In this document: piece by piece, positions 53,605 to 64,000 of the stretch
How positions within the stretch are numbered: the stretch's first letter is position 1
Layout: each line of letters starts with the position of its first letter
From: Chrysomallon squamiferum
Taxonomy: Eukaryota > Animalia > Mollusca
Length of the DNA stretch: 64,000 bases
Assembly (NCBI GenBank): GCA_012295275.1
Contig: CM022674.1
Coordinates: 15,004,001 to 15,068,000 of the forward strand
Direction of reading: 5' to 3'
The notes under the pieces: generated by a model
The model's database searches: none
What the model saw: the letters and a program-made list of their open reading frames with translations, nothing else
What the model was told of the DNA's origin: nothing
Made by a program: the position numbers and the translations under genes

Positions 53605-55196
53605 ACAATTATAGTAACAGTAATACTAAATTATAATGTTGTTTATTGTACTGCTGGTCCTGGTACTACTACTGTTATTGCTGCTGCAATAGTTACTAAG
53701 CACTGGTAATTAACTGATCAAATACTGGAAGATCTGTTAATTTATTTATGACCAAAACGGACTCCCGTACAGTATTAATTTAATCAAAAGTCCAGTTTCA
53801 AAGTACATACGTTACAGATAACACGTCTATTTTTTATTTTGTGAAACATTTGCGTTAGACATCATGTGTGTTGTAATTTTATTTTCAGTTCTTGTAATTC
53901 ATCTACATGTCAGGTAAAGTAACAATTATTATTTACTTTTAGTATAATAAATAAATAAATAAATAAAATTAATTAATTAATAAGAATAAATAAACGATTA
54001 TGCTTACGTTATTTTAACAAATTGTGTAGTTAACAGTTATTGTTCCCGGCGTATTTTTTCTTTTGTTTACGGCCATGTGAAATTACATCTAATCCATTCC
54101 TGATAGCTAATAACAAAAATGTAATGTTACTCAAAGGTGGTATTTGAAAAATACAAAATGTTTGATGCTTAACAGAGAATGACGGAATATTAATAAGCTT
54201 TTTTGTTCGTGTCTTTAATCGATGGGAGCCAGGACATTTATTTTTAACGACACGTTCAGACATTCGACTCATTCATAGCGGGGTTTAGCAGGGACATATA
54301 ATCCGTTCACGTGTCTCACTACGCACGGACTACGGTACGGGTCATGTACGTAACTCAGTTTCAGTTCAGCTTTCACGTAAAGCACGAAGCTCGTATCTAA
54401 ATAGGTCATGAAAGGGAAGTAACTATATTTCTAGAACAGATAAAAAGCTTTATTTGGATATACAAAATATCCATATTTCGTTTCAACATGTGTAAGGTAT
54501 TTAGTAATGACTGAAATCAGTCACTGGTTCTTCATAGATTTGGAAATAAAAATACAGGCAAATTTTATTCAGATAAAAAAAATGTAATTTTTTTCATATG
54601 AAAGCTATCAAAAATACCTATATGTCATTTTAATCTATTTTTATAGCTGTTTCTAATGATATATAGTTTTATAGTAAAATTATGTTGTTTTGTTGTTGTT
54701 GTTTTTTTATTTTGTCACCTACCAATTGTTTGTCATTTGCTTCTTAAGTAAGAGTGTAGTATACACAGAACCATGTAAATGACCAATAATTTCGTTTGCT
54801 AACATATAAACATTTTGTCTCTTTCTCAACAAGAAGAAAAACATCTTAAGGCAATATAAAGGTCAACAAGGTTAATTACCACTTTTCAAGCACATATTAG
54901 TTTGAATTTAGCACCCGACATCATAATCTCGTTCAGCCAGCGGTACAACGAACGTATCATTTTGTAAATGCAACCACGGCCCTTTTGGAGAGAAAGAGTC
55001 TGTCTTTGCTGATCATTTGTGTGAAAACCATACAAGAAAATGCAACTTAAGCAGCACTAGATAATTAAAGAAATTCATAAAAACAACACTCTCCTTTTAT
55101 ACAGTTTTGAAAACAATTGCTGTAATGGTACGGAAGTACACAAGTGCTTCGCTATACGTAAACACTTACGTTTAGGCGTGTCCAGTATCGAGGAAA

Positions 55197-55206
55197 TCTC
55201 GCGAGA
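55197..55206. promoter_or_regulatory. TCTCGCGAGA palindrome (CGCG/BANP-type core promoter motif) upstream of the cathepsin
   Basis: Exact 10-bp palindrome in a CpG-containing patch ~380 nt before the first identified exon. Confidence 0.45.
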
Positions 55207-55304
55207 CAAGACGATATAGGTTCGACACGGAAAGTTACGTCTGTGCTAAACTTCTCAATTATAATCTACGATTATACATCAGACAAATGGTTAACAAGCA
55301 CACA

Positions 55305-55505
55305 GATATCCAGAAAGGAAACCCGAAATCGCCATTTTATGGCCAACTCTTATCTGATTAGCAGAAAGGGATCATTTAGATGCACCATTGCAGCATTTCT
55401 GGAGCACTGGTTGGAACAAGAAATATATCAATGTGTCCAGCAAGAGGAGGGATCGATCAGATGACCAGTCGTACCTTGTTAGGACGCTTTACCACTAAGA
55501 TACAT
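55305..55505 (-). mobile_element. Degenerate tRNA-derived SINE
   Basis: Minus strand starts atgtatcttagtggtaaagcgtcc (A-box-like) then ctgatcgatccc (B-box-like); the body resembles a gastropod SINE as recalled, not verified. Confidence 0.5.
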
Positions 55506-55583
55506 TTCTTTCCTTTTCTTTGTTTTTCATACACTGAGATACCTTTTAAAATATTTTAATTTGTTTTCATTTGTTTTCGACAG

Positions 55584-61635
<6,052 letters not shown>

Positions 61636-62086
61636 TTGTGACCTAAATTAATAATCTCAGTGATGTAGTACAACTGCGATTTGGTAACCTGCATTAGTAA
61701 GCAAATTATCCGAGTTACCTAGACTTGCTATTTGTCTAATTATGATTAAAAGAAATACTACTACTATCACCACTACTACTACTACTACTACCACTACTAC
61801 TACTACTACTACTAATAATAATAATATTAATGATGATGATCATAATGATGATAATAATAATAAGGGATGATGTTAAAATAATTTATTTATTGAAAATGTA
61901 GAATATTTTGACGTATAAAACTCAGATATACAAAACATCACCAACTTTCACCAGCACTGTATGATATGATGTAAATAAATATTTCACACAAATGGAAGTC
62001 ACGTGATTGTTTCTTCTTAAACCAGCCAATGAAAAAGCCATTTTTTTTCTTAGCAGCTTCTCCGTGTAATTGGTAGATCGTTCGTT

Positions 62087-63664
62087 TTAGAGATCTTTTA
62101 TATCTGAAATGCACATTCAAGAAAAAAGGTCTTCAAGGAAAGATAGGTTATGTAATGCAGCTGTAAATTTATATATATTAAAATTGACATTCGGAAGAGA
62201 GAAAAAAAATTAAGATTAAAAAAAAAATAAAATAAAAACTAAAATGAATGAATGAATACTGAGAGAAAACAGAACGAAAGAAACACATTGTACCACTCTT
62301 TCTATCTAGTCCTCAAACAAACACTTAGTCATATGTTGTAAGAATCGGGGATAAATAAATAACACACAGAGACACACACACACGCACACGCACGTACAGC
62401 ACGCACGCACGGGCATACTGATAAACAGAAAAACAAACTACTGTTCTCAGTGATAAGAATATAGTGATTAGCAGTAATGATTCTTAATTTTCTCCTTCCC
62501 TTAATCTAAGCAATATAAATCATAACAGTAGCCAGTGGTTGGAACGGAATATGATTTGAAAATGATTTGATCCAAGACATACATCGCATTAACAGAATGT
62601 AAAGAATCTATTTATTCTTACCAATTTTTATATCTGTAGAAGGTGGTTGTCGTGGTTGTGGCATGGGACACTGCGGTAGTTTTCCTCCCGTGTTTATACC
62701 CGCCCCTGTGTAGTAAAACTCCGGCCTCGGGCACCGCCCGTCACCCCTGATACCAGGGCAACCCATGGCAAGCAGGAGGAAAAATACTGTAAGTAAATTA
62801 TGAAATTTTTGAAAATAGAAAATTATGATAATTATAAATGAGCTGGAACAGAGCACAGATCGAAGTGAATAAAATTTAAATAAAAGTGTCTGAAGTAAGA
62901 CTAATGTAATGTTGAATAAAATAATGTAATGTAATGTAAAATAATGTAATGTAAATTATCGTAATATAAGGTAAAGTAAAATACGGTAACGTAATATAAA
63001 AATATAAACTTAAAATAAATTAACGTAACAATATAAAGTAAAATAAATTAACGTAACAAACTGAGATGATATAAAATAAAGTAACATAATGTAAATTAAA
63101 ATAAAGTAAAATCAAGTAACGTAAGAGCCTAAAATAAATATCATAAAAACAATTAAGTAATATAAAAACGTAAAAAGAAAAGCATAACGTAAAACAACAG
63201 GGTAAATTAAAATAAATAAAATAAAATAAAGTAAAGTCACAACTAAGCTTATTCAGTTATATAATGAGGTAGTATTTTAGTTTTAACAGTATGTAAATAA
63301 ATAAATTAATATTTATGAACAATAAAACAAGTAATCATATAAAACAATTAATTTAAGAATATGAAGAATGAAAGAAAATAATATAAATAAATAGACGTTC
63401 AATTTATAAGTAATATAAAATGAAATGAAATAAAATAAAATAAAATAAATAGATAAATAAATAAATATATTAAATAAAATATAAAAAATATAAAATAATA
63501 AACAAATAAATAAAATAAAATAAGTAATATAAAAATATCAACATGCGTATTATAAGAAGCTAAGTATTTTGTCTTTCACTTTATCAAAAAAAAAAATCAC
63601 GTTATATCGTTTTAACAAAAATCACCACTTTCATTTTACCTGTAACAAAACTCAAAACGGCCAT
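62087..63664 (-). CDS. Small secreted peptide precursor, 68 aa, unknown family
   Basis: Exons 63664-63640 (MAVLSFVT, donor G|gtaaaa), 62786-62622 (GC-rich; ttacag| ... G|gtaaga), 62103-62087 (tttcag|DIKDL*). Phases 1/1 match, giving MAVLSFVTVFFLLLAMGCPGIRGDGRCPRPEFYYTGAGINTGGKLPQCPMPQPRQPPSTDIKIDIKDL. The last exon is the least certain. Confidence 0.7.
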
Positions 63665-64000
63665 TTCTTCTTGCTATCACTGTCCCAAATTTACTAAATG
63701 ATCATATTAATTATCACGAAAACTGTTATACTAATATATTTCCTGGGCCCAGTTTAGCGGCCATGTGTGTATCATGGTTACCGCGGATTACGCAGTGTGA
63801 GAGCGTCTTTAGCAACTTTGAAATCGATAATAGGTGTCCAACGGAAATATATGCTCGGTTTAATAAAGAAATAGACTTTCACAACGGGACATTATCAAAA
63901 ATGACCCAAAATAACACGAATCAGCAGTATAACAGTAGGCAGTGGACAGAGGTCAGCAGGTGGTCATCTGTACACTATAGGATGTATTGTTTTCTTCCGT

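Noticed and set aside
54682-54747. Candidate signal-peptide exon for the cathepsin (MLFCCCCFFILSPTNCLSFAS)
   Set aside because: In-frame TAA precedes the gtaag donor and the phase does not fit the next exon; start left unassigned.
55430-55505. Possible tRNA gene
   Set aside because: Only degenerate A/B boxes with no convincing cloverleaf; better explained as a SINE head.

Overview
AT-rich, microsatellite-dense, intron-containing animal DNA, probably molluscan (tentative, from repeat content and protein style). Almost all long ORFs in the ORF track are microsatellite artefacts. Manual GT-AG splicing of the minus strand over ~1.6-53 kb reveals a tandem cluster of nine units of one unrecognised type-I membrane receptor family. 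The shared plan has six exons: signal peptide, 42-nt Cys microexon, ~110-aa Cys-rich CUB-like domain, Ser/Thr mucin stalk, TM helix and Tyr-motif tail. There are two ectodomain classes (A, B) and three tail classes: ITAM-like YEHL/YLHI, a divergent YxxL/I tail, and a Lys-rich ITSM/YAxV tail. These are combined in mix-and-match fashion. The A domain carries a 12-aa hypervariable loop, and several copies are truncated or pseudogenised. This resembles a birth-and-death paired immune/recognition receptor cluster, but function is inferred. To the right lie a 10-exon papain-family (C1A) cathepsin on + with an unusual disulfide pattern and a convergent 3-exon gene for a 68-aa secreted peptide on -. 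Tigger-like MITEs, tRNA-derived SINE fragments and one 200-N gap are also present.
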